64,000 nt of DNA from a virus (lineage: Duplodnaviria > Caudoviricetes). The notes beneath the pieces are model-generated. The model did not search any database and was not told the origin of the DNA. It was given only the letters and a program-made list of their open reading frames with translations. The first letter of the stretch is position 1. Each line of letters starts with the position of its first letter. The stretch lies in IMG/VR virus record IMGVR_UViG_3300030620_000005, positions 1 through 64,000 of that record, one strand, 5' to 3'. Positions 63,791-64,000 of the stretch are shown here, piece by piece. The position numbers and the translations under genes were made by a program.

Positions 63791-63819
63791 AGGCCCCGTC
63801 GACCTGGACGACGGGGCCT
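63791..63819 (+). terminator. Stem-loop after the HNH gene
   Basis: AGGCCCCGTC-N9-GACGGGGCCT. Confidence 0.65.
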
Positions 63820-64000
63820 TCGCCATGCCCGGTCCGAGCCAGCGGGGTCGACCGGGGCAACGCCCAGCGTACGACGCGGGTACGACAACGGGCGCCTGCT
63901 CTGGGGGAGCAGGCGCCCGGTCTCCGGGGGCCTCTCACCCGCGCGGCGTGATCCCCCGGTGTGGGGCGCCGCTCGGCGGGAGGGTCCAGTCACCTGGTCC

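Larger units (their letters stand above)
1..64000. mobile_element. Temperate actinophage (siphovirus-like) genome segment, non-integrated gene order
   Basis: Terminase, portal, capsid, tape measure, amidase/holin, integrase, repressor/Cro and RecT-like genes; no host housekeeping genes; integrase has phage genes on both sides. Confidence 0.95.

Noticed and set aside
1-64000. Many long antisense or alternate-frame ORFs in the track (e.g. 34626-38123 +, 32495-34447 +, 58689-60278 +)
   Set aside because: Shadows of high-GC coding genes with no motifs or RBS. The HNH inside the intein is the exception because it has a recognisable domain.
1-64000. CRISPR array, tRNA, rRNA, reverse transcriptase systems
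   Set aside because: No repeat-spacer array, no tRNA T-loop consensus and no RT motifs seen by eye

Overview
The whole window reads as the genome of a temperate, long-tailed actinophage (high GC; Streptomyces-type genes) in its non-integrated gene order. Early and recombination genes occupy 1-11.2 kb (minus strand). A Cro/repressor switch and a tyrosine integrase sit at 10.9-13.3 kb. A complete late region runs on the minus strand from a probable small terminase (51.2 kb) through large terminase, portal, capsid, tail and lysis genes (13.6 kb). Accessory operons fill 51-64 kb. No replicative primase, helicase or polymerase is visible, so the genome probably extends beyond the window. Four things stand out. 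(1) The large terminase carries an intein whose own frame has no endonuclease; a complete HNH endonuclease is instead overprinted in a second reading frame, behind a likely leaderless promoter. (2) A Streptomyces plasmid/AICE-type conjugation module (TraB/FtsK translocase, Spd-like membrane genes, divergent HTH regulator, clustered TCCGGA palindromes) lies among the phage genes. (3) A glycan-building gene set (dTDP-glucose dehydratase-like enzyme, epimerase, five glycosyltransferase-like genes, methyltransferase) is embedded in the late region. (4) A nine-copy promoter-like motif with almost invariant spacing precedes late genes. All function calls come from motif recognition by eye; no database searches were run.
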